From NCBI GenBank assembly GCA_965215885.1, contig CBDCEW010000089.1, positions 1 to 64,000 of the forward strand: a stretch of DNA of 64,000 bases, read 5' to 3'. The DNA comes from Candidatus Moanibacter sp. GTDB lineage: Bacteria; Verrucomicrobiota; Verrucomicrobiia; Opitutales; UBA2987. The position numbers were made by a program, and so were the translations under genes. Of the stretch, positions 20,646-30,168 are shown piece after piece. Each line of letters opens with the position of its first letter. The first letter of the stretch is position 1. The notes under the pieces were generated by a model that was not told where the DNA came from, did no database searches, and saw only the letters and a program-made list of their open reading frames with translations.

Positions 20646-21398
20646 GTGCCAGCCGAAGAAAAAACGACTACAGATCGAGCGATTGACGGCATCCAGCCCA
20701 TTTCACGCACATCGCTGAGTGGAGAGATTGTCGAGCAGATCATTGATCTGATATCACGCGAGGTACTGGTGCCCGGAGAGCGACTGCCGGCGGAGCGAGA
20801 ACTGTGCAAGATGTTTGGAGTGGGGCGCACGTCGCTTCGGGAGGCTCTGCGCTCGCTTACAGTGATGGGCATCTTGGACGGTCAAGTGGGTAAGGGCACC
20901 TACGTTTGCAGCAACAGTAATTACCTCGAAAATACCCTCCGATGGGGCTTGCTGCTCGATCAGAAGACGGTGGAGGATCTGATCGAGACCAGAATGATGC
21001 TGGAGTGCGAGACCGCATCCCTGGCGGCGCAACGCGCAAAAGCCGAGGATCTTGGGAAAATCCAGGAGTCCCTGGAAGAGATGAGCGAATCGATTGAGTC
21101 GCCAGAGGAATTTCTCGAGGCCGACCTCAAATTCCATCTTTTGATTGCACAAGCCACGCAGAATTCGCTTCTCGACAGCCTCCTGCGTATGACGCGTTCC
21201 TATCTGCACGAGTGGATAAAGGGCAGCCTGGCGGAACCGACCGCCGACGAGGTAGCGAAGCGTGCCAGACTATCCCACAAGCAGCACGAGGAGATCCTCG
21301 AGACCCTGAGAAAGGGTATGCCTGACGAAGCGAGAAAGGCGATGGGTCGTCATATCCTTTCCAGTAGCGTGGACCTGCGGAAACATATCGCCACTTGA
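20646..21398 (+). CDS. GntR/FadR-family regulator
   Basis: PGERLPAERELC...GVGRTSLREAL wHTH, FCD domain (ADLKFH, ATQN). Confidence 0.93.
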   Translation: MPAEEKTTTDRAIDGIQPISRTSLSGEIVEQIIDLISREVLVPGERLPAERELCKMFGVGRTSLREALRSLTVMGILDGQVGKGTYVCSNSNYLENTLRWGLLLDQKTVEDLIETRMMLECETASLAAQRAKAEDLGKIQESLEEMSESIESPEEFLEADLKFHLLIAQATQNSLLDSLLRMTRSYLHEWIKGSLAEPTADEVAKRARLSHKQHEEILETLRKGMPDEARKAMGRHILSSSVDLRKHIAT

Positions 21399-21409
21399 CA
21401 GACACAAAT

Positions 21410-21431
21410 TCAGTTAGTACTCAGTTAGTAC
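21410..21431 (+). promoter_or_regulatory. Probable TA autoregulatory operator
   Basis: Tandem TCAGTTAGTAC x2 directly before the antitoxin ATG. TTGACA at 21395-21400. Confidence 0.55.
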
Positions 21432-21432
21432 T

Positions 21433-21675
21433 ATGAAACGAAAACTGTTGAAAGTCGGCAATAGTTTGGCCGTGACATTGCCGCAGGAGATTGTCAAGGA
21501 ACTCAATCTCAAAGCAGGGCTGGAAGTTGATGCGACAATTGACCCTCGGACGGGCAGTTTCGTTGTTCGAGTCGGCGTGAAAGAGTTTGAGGGCGGAAAA
21601 GTGACCCGTCGTTTCAAACGAATGGTAGACGAGCTGATCCGAGAACGCCGGGAACTTTACGAACGGCTTTCCTGA
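21433..21675 (+). CDS. AbrB/MazE-fold antitoxin
   Basis: KVGNSLAVTLP...LNLKAG. Confidence 0.85.
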   Translation: MKRKLLKVGNSLAVTLPQEIVKELNLKAGLEVDATIDPRTGSFVVRVGVKEFEGGKVTRRFKRMVDELIRERRELYERLS

Positions 21676-21695
21676 CGCACGTTTGAAAGCTGCGG

Positions 21696-22085
21696 ATGAC
21701 CGAATACCTGAGCAAGAATCAGGTGCTGGTGCTACACACACTGATCCTAAAGGAGACGGGTGGGCAAACGGGACTCGGGGATGAAGGTCTCCTGGAATCC
21801 GCCTTGGGCAGGCCGCAAGCCTCTTTTGCCGGTCAGGACCTGTATCCTTCTCTCGCCGGAAAAGCGGCCGCGCTCATGCATTCCCTTGTCAGTAATCATC
21901 CGTTTGTGGATGGGAACAAACGAGTTGCAGTGGCCTCTGCTGAACTGTTTTTGTTGATCAATGGCTACAGAGTCGAGGCCGACAATGTCGCGCTGGAAGA
22001 ACTGACTCTGGCTTCGGCGCGAGCTGATATAGGACAAGAGCAGATCCGAATATGGTTCGATCAGCATATAGAAGCGTTGCAATGA
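21696..22085 (+). CDS. doc: Doc (Fic-family) toxin
   Basis: LLESALGRP, HPFVDGNKR. Confidence 0.9.
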   Translation: MTEYLSKNQVLVLHTLILKETGGQTGLGDEGLLESALGRPQASFAGQDLYPSLAGKAAALMHSLVSNHPFVDGNKRVAVASAELFLLINGYRVEADNVALEELTLASARADIGQEQIRIWFDQHIEALQ

Positions 22086-22362
22086 TACGGAAAGAATTAA
22101 CAGGTATTCGGGCAATTGACGGACCCGCCGAATCCTTTCGAGGTGAGTAGATCACGCGACCAGTATGGTTCAAATGTTGAGACGAAGTTAGAGTGTCGAC
22201 AAAGATGACGACGAAGCTTACGCCAAAGAGAGAAGGTCGTAGCCTCGTCGGTAATGCACTGGGGGGGGGACATCGAGCAGACCCGAACGACAAAGTCGTC
22301 CGGCTACGGGACTTGACACTCATTACTTACACCCTGTCCAGCCTCGCGGGATCCGTGGGATA

Positions 22363-23385
22363 TCACTCTCCCTCGAACCAAACGCCGAACCCGGGACGAT
22401 TGTTGAGAGTGACCTCACCGTTTACGATATCGGGGGTTCCCTTTACCCATGTCATCCACGGGCGACCGGATTCAGCTAAGGGATCATCGTCCAGGGCGTT
22501 GATTGCGTGAAGCGACCAGGCCTCGGCCCCCCGGTGCGGACACACCTCGACTCCTGTGCCCTCGGCAAGCTTATAGATCTTCAACAGTTCCGTCATTCCT
22601 CCGCACCAGGACACATCGGGTTGAACGATTGCATGCAACCTGTCCCTGATGATCGGTTCGAAGGCCTTCGCCGTGTATTCGTGCTCACCGCCCGCTATCG
22701 GGATGGGGCATTCATCGCGTAATCGGGCATACCCTTCGAGTTCGTCCGGCGGGAGCGGTTCCTCGAGCCAGCGAAGATTATAGGGTGCCAATCGTTCCGC
22801 GATACGCAGGGTTGAATCGACATCGAATTTCATGCCGGCATCACCCATCAGCTCGATCTTCGGTCCTAACGCTTCCCGAACACGTTTGATGTTGCCTACC
22901 AGATCGCCCAATCCCTTATCGGGAATAATCCCGACGTGAAACTTCAGGGCCCGAAATCCTGCCGACCCGCTCTCGATCACCTCTTCAGGCGTGAATCCAG
23001 TTTTGTAGGCGGGGATAGGATTACCGATCGATCCACCTAACACTTCAGTGATCGATTTGCCTTCTCGCTTCCCGCGCAGATCCCAGAGGGCGAGGTCGAC
23101 TCCACTGATCGCCATGATCGCGATTCCCTTTCGTCCAAAGGCCAGGGTCGTTCGATACATCTCCTCCCACAGCTCCTCGACATGGGATGCCTCCGCGCCT
23201 ATCAGGACTCGACTGAGGACAGTTTCGATGACATGAATCGCGGCTTTTCCGCCCCCGCCAATACCATATCCACTGAGACCTTCATCGGTGTCGACAATCA
23301 CCTGAATCTGGCCCATCGAGCGCCGCCAGTCATCCGGGGCGCCCTCAGCTTCCTGTTGAACCGCACTTATGCTCTCTATTATCAA
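22363..23385 (-). CDS. Mandelate racemase/muconate lactonizing enzyme family protein
   Basis: AISGVDLALWD, WLEEP, GGEHE, QPDV.WCGG. Start abuts the RAYT terminal repeat and may have been altered. Confidence 0.88.
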   Translation of the reverse strand: MIIESISAVQQEAEGAPDDWRRSMGQIQVIVDTDEGLSGYGIGGGGKAAIHVIETVLSRVLIGAEASHVEELWEEMYRTTLAFGRKGIAIMAISGVDLALWDLRGKREGKSITEVLGGSIGNPIPAYKTGFTPEEVIESGSAGFRALKFHVGIIPDKGLGDLVGNIKRVREALGPKIELMGDAGMKFDVDSTLRIAERLAPYNLRWLEEPLPPDELEGYARLRDECPIPIAGGEHEYTAKAFEPIIRDRLHAIVQPDVSWCGGMTELLKIYKLAEGTGVEVCPHRGAEAWSLHAINALDDDPLAESGRPWMTWVKGTPDIVNGEVTLNNRPGFGVWFEGE

Positions 23386-24367
23386 AGGGGTCAGGCCTTT
23401 GTTTTTCTGTCAGCAATTTGAGGAACGGACAGCGTTTCCGGCAGAGGCGATTGTAAGCGTTTATGTTCGCACTTACGTATGCAGGAGAGCCGAGATTGAG
23501 ATTCTTGCTCAGCCACCCGTTGCCTACGGCGGAACGCGATTTCAGAAAGGCTGCCAGCGCTATTTTCCACTCTTCGCATTTTCTCGTATACGGTATGTCT
23601 TCAGCTCCCTTTTTCAGAATCTTCAGTCCGTGTTTTAACTCCTGAGTCCAGGCCACCTCACCATATTTTGACCAAATGACTGCAGCCTTCATGCGGGTTT
23701 GCTTTTCAGTTAGCTTCTGCAGAACTTGCTTGCCGTACTCGTCATTTCCGATCAACCAACCTTTACACAAGTCTTTCCACAGATTCTCCCGTTTCCTGGG
23801 ATCGCCTTCGTCGACCGTGGATAGGTATTTTCTGTACTTTCCAAGCCCTTTGGCACTATCGGACCAGCCTCCAGCCTGAGCCAACCAGAGCGCACAGGTC
23901 AGGCATTTGGGACGCCATTTCTTGCGAAAAAACCGGGGAAAGCTACTAAGCGGATAGGATCTCAGATCGGCTACGGTCAGTAGACCGGCCCGAACCGGAT
24001 TCAGGTGTATGTAATTCACTACCCTAAGTAAGGACTGACCGGGTTCGATGACCAGCGCCTTGTAACGTCCCTGAAAGACGTGACCCTGCTGGCCTGCGAA
24101 TTTGTTGAATCGATTGGCGAATGTACTTTGCAGCCACTGCATCCCGATTTGCAGGTTTGGTTCAATTGTCTCAAGGGCGAGATGAAAGTGATTACTCAAA
24201 ATACAATAAGCGTGAAGGCGCCACCCAAACCGTTCACACGCGTCGAAAAGGGCGTTCTCAAAAGATTCACCTGTGCGATAAATATTGAACAAGTCCTGCC
24301 TGTAATTTCCTCTGTTCATTACGTGATAGAGTGCTCCGGCAAACTCCAACCTTGGTTTTCTCGCCAT
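23345..24367 (-). CDS. REP-associated tyrosine transposase (RAYT, HUH Y1)
   Basis: MARKPR...YHVMNRG, NHFHL, GHVFQGRY, YIHLNPVRAG. Confidence 0.9.
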   Translation of the reverse strand: MARKPRLEFAGALYHVMNRGNYRQDLFNIYRTGESFENALFDACERFGWRLHAYCILSNHFHLALETIEPNLQIGMQWLQSTFANRFNKFAGQQGHVFQGRYKALVIEPGQSLLRVVNYIHLNPVRAGLLTVADLRSYPLSSFPRFFRKKWRPKCLTCALWLAQAGGWSDSAKGLGKYRKYLSTVDEGDPRKRENLWKDLCKGWLIGNDEYGKQVLQKLTEKQTRMKAAVIWSKYGEVAWTQELKHGLKILKKGAEDIPYTRKCEEWKIALAAFLKSRSAVGNGWLSKNLNLGSPAYVSANINAYNRLCRKRCPFLKLLTEKQRPDPFDNREHKCGSTGS

Positions 24368-24427
24368 TCCTTCAATCAGGTCGAAGTTCCTTCTCATTGT
24401 CAATTAATAATACAAAGGCCTGACCCT
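23387..24427 (-). mobile_element. IR-bounded RAYT element
   Basis: Perfect 15-bp IR GGGTCAGGCCTTTGT at 23388-23402 and 24412-24426. Confidence 0.75.
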
Positions 24428-24429
24428 TT

Positions 24430-24943
24430 ATCTTCGCGCCAGGACAGTCAATATGTCGACCAGGCGAAGATCGGGAAGAAGGAGAAGCACACTGAGCATC
24501 TGCATCTCGTTACGGTGTGGGTTCCACTGGTTGAAGCAACGGTGGAGAACGGCTGTTGCTGGGTCATTCCAGGGAGCCACCGTTGGGGTCTCCTGGAAGG
24601 TGCCCGGGGTGACGACAACAACGTCCGGATGGAGGAGGACGTGGAAGCTCGAGGCACCCCGGTGGCGGTTCCGCTCATGCCGGGTGGCGCCCTTTTCATG
24701 TCCAATCTCTGCATTCACACCAGCAAACTGAACACCGCTCAGGGCTGCCGCTGGAGCATCGACTTCCGACACTTCCCCACGCCGGACCGGGCCGTCCTGA
24801 CCCAGGAGCAACGCGAGGAGGCCGAATTCGTGCAAAGCAAAACCCTGAAAGGCGGCCGGGTTCCGCTCATTGTTCTCACCGGGAGCCACAAGCCGATCTG
24901 GGAAGAGTGGGAAGCTGAGGTGCTCAAGTTGAAAACAGCTTAA
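24430..24943 (+). pseudogene. 5'-truncated PhyH-family Fe/2OG dioxygenase
   Basis: QDSQY...VTVWVPL...NGCCWVIPGSH...H.S..N...RWSIDFR. N-terminal half is missing at the RAYT end. Confidence 0.8.
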
Positions 24944-24976
24944 GGATCGGATTTGATCGACCTTTCAGCTGATTCT

Positions 24977-25024
24977 AAGGGGTCAGGCCTTTGTTTTTCT
25001 GATCATCATTTTGAAGAATGGACA
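24977..25024. repeat. Remnant copy of the RAYT element 3' end
   Basis: AAGGGGTCAGGCCTTTGTTTTTCTG...TTTGAAGAATGGACA matches 23385-23431. Confidence 0.75.
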
Positions 25025-25118
25025 TCTATGGCGGCGCAGATGAGACCGACAGATTTATTGCAGTCTGATGAAAAGAGTTCGAATAAGTCCGACGGGCTGC
25101 TAGACTGAGAATTGGGGC

Positions 25119-25803
25119 ATGATTCGCGGAATCCACCATACCAGTTTCACAGTGTCCAATCTCGAGGAGGCCGAGAAATTGTTTGTCGAGCTCTTCGGAA
25201 TGAGGAGGATTGGAGGCGGGCGTTATGATTTCGAGTATATCGGATGCATGGTCGGATCTCCGGATGCTCACCTGGAGATCGCCGTTCTGGCTTATGAACC
25301 GGAAGGAGAAGGGAGTGATCGACAGATTCTGGAACTCGTCGAGTACAAGCACCCTCGAGGTGATCCTACGGACACGGAATTCAACCGGCCGGGAAATGCG
25401 CATCTCTGTTTTCTGGTGGACGATATTGGGGCCGAGTACGAACGACTTCGAAGCAACGGAGTCTGCTTCAGGTCGCCGCCGCAGGAAATAACGTATGGGA
25501 TCAACAAGGGTGGTGGAGCCGTCTACTTTAATGGATTGAGCCTGGTCGAACAGATTTTAATAAAATAGCCGGCCCAGGGCATCGAGTTTCTCATCGCTTA
25601 GGCGTAGCCTGTCGAAATCGTCGATTGGTCCGTAGCTGGTAACGGGAACTCTGGAATGCAGACGGGGTCCGAAAAGCTACTCGCCCGACTTGAGAAAAAT
25701 CATTTTTTGGCTTGATAAAAAGTTCGCAACATGCTGTTTAACAACCTAAGATTAAGAAAGGAGTTGGATTGGAACTTCTGCAACGACCTGGGGGGCGAGA
25801 TTG
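25119..25803 (+). pseudogene. VOC/glyoxalase family protein with disrupted 3' end
   Basis: IHHTSFTVSNL, LELVEY, HLCFLVDD, AVYFNG. Expected tail GLELLQRP lies at about 25766-25803, after a garbled insert. Confidence 0.7.
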
Positions 25804-25821
25804 AGCCTGGTCGAACAGATT

Positions 25822-26055
25822 TTAATAAAATAGCCGGCCCAGGGCATCGAGTTTCTCATCGCTGAGGTAGGCGTAGCGATTGATCCATAGCCGTTCCTTA
25901 GAACCAGAATAAACCGATTTCGCCCGGGCCACGAAATCGTCGATTGGTCCGTAGCTGGTAACGGGAACTCTGGAATGCAGATTGTCGAGAAGCGCTTCCA
26001 CTCCTTCGGGTTGGATGAATTCTGGAAGGACGGTAATTCCTAGCAAAGGAGGCAT
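25822..26055 (-). pseudogene. Short ORF, probable internally deleted remnant of a longer protein
   Basis: An N-terminal-like segment (GITVLPEFIQPEG) is joined to a C-terminal-like segment (YGP...WINRYAYLSDEKL). AAGGA-type context is not clear. Confidence 0.45.
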
Positions 26056-26114
26056 GGTGACGATTCCGCGAAGTTTTACTTTTATTGGCCTGGAAATCCT
26101 GGGAGATTTCCAGG

Positions 26115-26837
26115 CTATTCCGAGTCGTAGCCGTATTCCCTCAATTCATCTTTGAAGCATGAGAGATTGGTGTCGATCTCACTACCTTTGTAGCGGCCTA
26201 CTGAGTCCGAGCGCATGTCGATCCTCGCCAGCGGAATACCTAGAAACTCTTCCAATCTTTCAAGTGTCCTCTCCTGCTCCAGCACCATCTCTTCGAAGCG
26301 CACCTTGATGAAATGTCTCGGCGTTGGCGTTTGTTTTACCAGTTCGTGCTGGTACTTCCAACTGATCGCGCGTCTTTCGTAAACATCGTCGGTGGGCGGA
26401 TAATCAATTCCAAAGTCCGCCAGATCATCGGTTTTATGTGTCTTCAGGATTCCGTCGCGGGGATTGCGCACCCAGTAAATGTAATGGATTTCGGGAAACA
26501 TCCTTACGATCCAGGGAAAAACCAGTGTCGTTTCGGGTATCTTCCAACCCCGCCAGGGCGCGTCGCTTTCGAGGACGGACGATAGAAATGATTCGATCAG
26601 TCGCGTGAATGCGGGATCGATCGGGCCGGTCTGCAAGTCTGAAAAGTCCCACCGTAGGTCACCGAGGTAGGTGACGCGTCTGGCCATGACGCGACAGGCC
26701 TCGTAGATCGCCTCGGGTGGTAAAAGATCGCCGGACTGGTTGAGTCGCTCTCCCATGTATACACCACTTTCGCTGAGGGTGTGAGACATGGCCCGAGTCC
26801 CTGAGTGTCCGCGCCCGATGACGGTCACGATTTCCAT
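26115..26837 (-). CDS. Sulfotransferase-family protein
   Basis: GRGHSGTR (5'PSB-like), WGWK-like WRGWKIP, VRNPRD, VRFEEM. Confidence 0.82.
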   Translation of the reverse strand: MEIVTVIGRGHSGTRAMSHTLSESGVYMGERLNQSGDLLPPEAIYEACRVMARRVTYLGDLRWDFSDLQTGPIDPAFTRLIESFLSSVLESDAPWRGWKIPETTLVFPWIVRMFPEIHYIYWVRNPRDGILKTHKTDDLADFGIDYPPTDDVYERRAISWKYQHELVKQTPTPRHFIKVRFEEMVLEQERTLERLEEFLGIPLARIDMRSDSVGRYKGSEIDTNLSCFKDELREYGYDSE

Positions 26838-27075
26838 TTCACTCTTATCGCATAACGGGAATCCCGCCAGACGGGATCATCAGTTATGGCTACCAATCTT
26901 TCTTCCTTACACTGCGATATTAACAATCTGTCGAATGGATCTCGATGGACGAAAGGTAACCGCATAACTCCGGTTGCATGCTCGTAACGAACATCAAGTA
27001 CTTGAAAGTCTTGTTCTTCAAGTTCTTGCCTGAATTTTCCACCTAACCCTTTCGGCAATTCAAGTGTTCCTTCGC
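26825..27075 (-). pseudogene. C-terminal half of a VapC/PIN toxin
   Basis: LPFVHRDPFDRLLISQ...ITDD. No N-terminal LLDT and no antitoxin. Confidence 0.75.
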
Positions 27076-27112
27076 ATGGCTTCTATGACACGATCGTTGG
27101 GGCGCCGTGCTC

Positions 27113-27442
27113 TTAAGCTGTCTCCGTCTTGTCCCGACCTTTGAGTTCGTCTCCTATCTGCTGGAGATATTCGTAACTGTAAATACCGGTCCTGTGGTCG
27201 TCCGAAAAGTGGAATCTTATCGCGTAGTTACCAACATATTCCCAACGCTTGACTTCGACACCCGGAAATTCGCGGGGTCCGTCTCCACCATAAAGGTTTC
27301 CCAGTATATCGCGCTCGCCAACGTTTTCCGCACTCGGCGAGCAAGCACGAAGGGTCTCCATGGGGTAATAGTCTTCTCTTCCGCCCTCCCAGAGGATCGC
27401 AACCTCGCGACCGATTATCTGGATGTCCTTCGGTGGGTTCAT
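27113..27442 (-). CDS. DUF971 (GBBH N-terminal-like) protein
   Basis: LRACSPSAE, VGNYAI.F.FSDDH.TGIYS. Confidence 0.88.
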   Translation of the reverse strand: MNPPKDIQIIGREVAILWEGGREDYYPMETLRACSPSAENVGERDILGNLYGGDGPREFPGVEVKRWEYVGNYAIRFHFSDDHRTGIYSYEYLQQIGDELKGRDKTETA

Positions 27443-27943
27443 CAAATCTTCTGTTTGGGCCAAACCTCAAGTCGAGCGCTTTGGATTCGTTGGTGCCCGT
27501 TGGGCAAAAATTGCGTCTTTGAAGTCATAGTTCAAGTCAGTCGGTCCAAGGGCGCTTGCCGGATCAAATTCTGCCGTACGGTAGAGTGAAATTATCGGCG
27601 TTGAGGAGGACGAAAAGCTTCCGCTTTCCGCTACCCTCTTGGATTCGGCATGTAAATTGAAGTATAAACCCCAATGTCGCAAACGCCTTCGAATGGGCGG
27701 ATGTTTTATTGTTTATAATCAGAATGTTATGAAATTTTCTGGGTGTTTTGAAACCCTCACCGAAAGTGACAATTACGGCAGGCTCATTCGAAGGCTAAAA
27801 CCGACAAGCGCGAATAGCTGCGTTCCAGCCCGCAAACCGCTTGGTTGCGTAGGCTACTACGCGCCTGCGCAGGTTTGCGGTCTGCGCCTTGCTCTTCATC
27901 ACTTCTCGATTTTTTGCAACAATGGGGTAAAGTCAGATCCAAA

Positions 27944-28882
27944 TTAGGTGTCGAGCGCTTGTTTCAGGCATTCCTTCAATCCGGCCAGCGTTTGGCGGGT
28001 GCAGTCTTCGCGGGTCATACCGGGTTCGGACCAGTGTGTTTCTACTGTCACTACCCCTTCATATTCATCAGACAGGAGAGCACGGAGTTGGCCGACATAA
28101 TCGACGCCCCCACTTCCGATGCATTCCCATCGGGTAAGTCCCGTCTCCTGATCTTCCACGACGGCATCTTTGACATGAATTTCTCCAATGTGGGACTTTA
28201 CAGCCTCGTAGCCCTCTGGAAAAGGTTCCCCACCCGAGACATAGCAGTTAGCAGGATCCCATATCGCCATGAGGGAAGAGCGATTCACCGCGTTGACGAT
28301 CCGCGCGAGGTTGGCGCCGGAATTTCCCCAGCAGGATCGGACGTTTTCCAGCAGCAGCGTCATTCCCGCCGCTTCGGCTTCACCGGCAGCGTATTGCAAA
28401 CCCTCTATGACTTTCTCAAAGATATCTTCCGGAATCTCACCACCCTGTGGAAGTCGGGGAGAAGGATTGCCCATGGTTTTCATGTCGCTGCGTCGAAATG
28501 AGAACATTCGTATCTTAGAAACGCCGAATATTGGCGCCAGTTCAAAGGTTCGTCGCAGGATATTCATATGTTCCTGAAAGGCAGGATCTTTGGCGACTGA
28601 ACCCACACTCAACTCATCTAACAAAACCACTTTGAACGCGGGAGGGCAGAGGGCAAACGTTGCGAGGCCATGGTCCCGAACGAGAGCCGCCAATTCTTCC
28701 GCTTCGGAATCGCTCAACTCCCAGACGTTTCGCTCGCCGACATCATTGAAGTCGACATACCGAAATCCCATTTCCTTTGCCAAAGGGATCGAAATTGAAG
28801 CATCCCTGTGGATCTCGTCGGTGATCACTCCGAGAGAGAAGGGAGCTGTTTCGAAAATTTTGGAGCTCGGTGGAGAATTCAT
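27944..28882 (-). CDS. Sugar phosphate isomerase/epimerase (TIM barrel)
   Basis: GVITDEI, LLEN, WDPAN, HVKDA, VETH. Confidence 0.88.
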   Translation of the reverse strand: MNSPPSSKIFETAPFSLGVITDEIHRDASISIPLAKEMGFRYVDFNDVGERNVWELSDSEAEELAALVRDHGLATFALCPPAFKVVLLDELSVGSVAKDPAFQEHMNILRRTFELAPIFGVSKIRMFSFRRSDMKTMGNPSPRLPQGGEIPEDIFEKVIEGLQYAAGEAEAAGMTLLLENVRSCWGNSGANLARIVNAVNRSSLMAIWDPANCYVSGGEPFPEGYEAVKSHIGEIHVKDAVVEDQETGLTRWECIGSGGVDYVGQLRALLSDEYEGVVTVETHWSEPGMTREDCTRQTLAGLKECLKQALDT

Positions 28883-28920
28883 TGTGTTTTAAATCGGAAT
28901 ACATCCGCGCAAGTTTCACT

Positions 28921-29307
28921 CTACCAATCAACTCTAACGTCAGGATAAGACTTTATCACTGGATCAGGGGTTGCGATCCGTAGCCCCATTACCTGCGACG
29001 TGGCGATGATTATGCGATCGCAGGGATCTTGATGGATATTCGGCAACAGGCATGCCTTTACTCCAAGTTCTATTGTTACCGGTATCTCTGTAATGCCGTG
29101 ATGTTCTAGTGCACGTCGCAACCATTCTAACGGAGATTGCGGTAGTTGCAGCCTTCTCTTGGCGTATTTCACCCCTATCTCAAATCCAGATATTGCTGAC
29201 AAGTATAAGCTATCGCCATTCCTTCGAATGACACTCTTTGCCTTTCCTGAGATTCGGTCGTCCTCGCCAACAAGCCAGAGCAGCGTGCATGTGTCGAGCA
29301 GCACCAT
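28921..29307 (-). CDS. vapC: VapC/PIN toxin
   Basis: LLDTC.LLW, HQDPCDRII, TPD. Confidence 0.9.
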   Translation of the reverse strand: MVLLDTCTLLWLVGEDDRISGKAKSVIRRNGDSLYLSAISGFEIGVKYAKRRLQLPQSPLEWLRRALEHHGITEIPVTIELGVKACLLPNIHQDPCDRIIIATSQVMGLRIATPDPVIKSYPDVRVDW

Positions 29308-29322
29308 CGCTATCTTCCTCTC

Positions 29323-29593
<271 letters not shown>

Positions 29594-29978
29594 TAAAAAT
29601 GGCTGTGAATTCGAAGAGGAATGAACGAAAAACTCAGATTCTGTGCCGATCACGTTGGATACACCTCGGCGAAACTTTGAGGTCATGTAGCCTTGGGTTT
29701 CAGGCCGGTGGCAGGGAACAAACCATTGATAAATTAGTGTTCCGCCAATCGGGAGTGGCAGTGAAGGGTCAAAGTGTCAGCGATCACAGCGTCGCGGATC
29801 ATTGCAATCCTGGATTGCTTCGTCATGCTTCCTCGCAATGACAGGTCTCGTGTGGTGTTTTAGATGCATGATCCAGTATTGTGCGATTTTGGCGCGAATG
29901 ATGGTAGAGGAAGGAAAGAGTACCTAAGGTCATTAGTTGGTATCGAATTCAATCTGAACCCTGAAAACCCGTCAGGAT

Positions 29979-30039
29979 GTAGGAGAGGCTTTAGGCCTCG
30001 ATCCGAGCTTCTTCAATCGCGGGATCAACCCGCTCCTAC
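29979..30039. repeat. GTAG-REP doublet
   Basis: GTAGGAGAGGCTTTAGGCCTCGAT ... ATCGCGGGATCAACCCGCTCCTAC. Confidence 0.6.
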
Positions 30040-30168
30040 AGCCCTCGCGGGTGTTCGAACAGGAGTAGGTTTTCAACGGAGGATTCGTCTTCAATTCGCC
30101 CTACATGGCGAAGATGGAGGCGTAGCAGAGCGAAACGGGAAAGGTTGTGAATCTTATGGAACAAAGGT

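Noticed and set aside
22261..22269. G9 tract as a phase-variation switch
   Set aside because: It lies between convergent genes, outside any credible CDS or promoter.
24080..24943. 287-aa ORF as an intact gene
   Set aside because: The first third is antisense to the RAYT. Only the part after 24430 is PhyH-like.
27675..27806. Hairpin (GCCTTCGAATGGGC/GCTCATTCGAAGGC) as an ncRNA
   Set aside because: It is a single short IR in repeat-rich intergenic DNA with no recognisable RNA family features.
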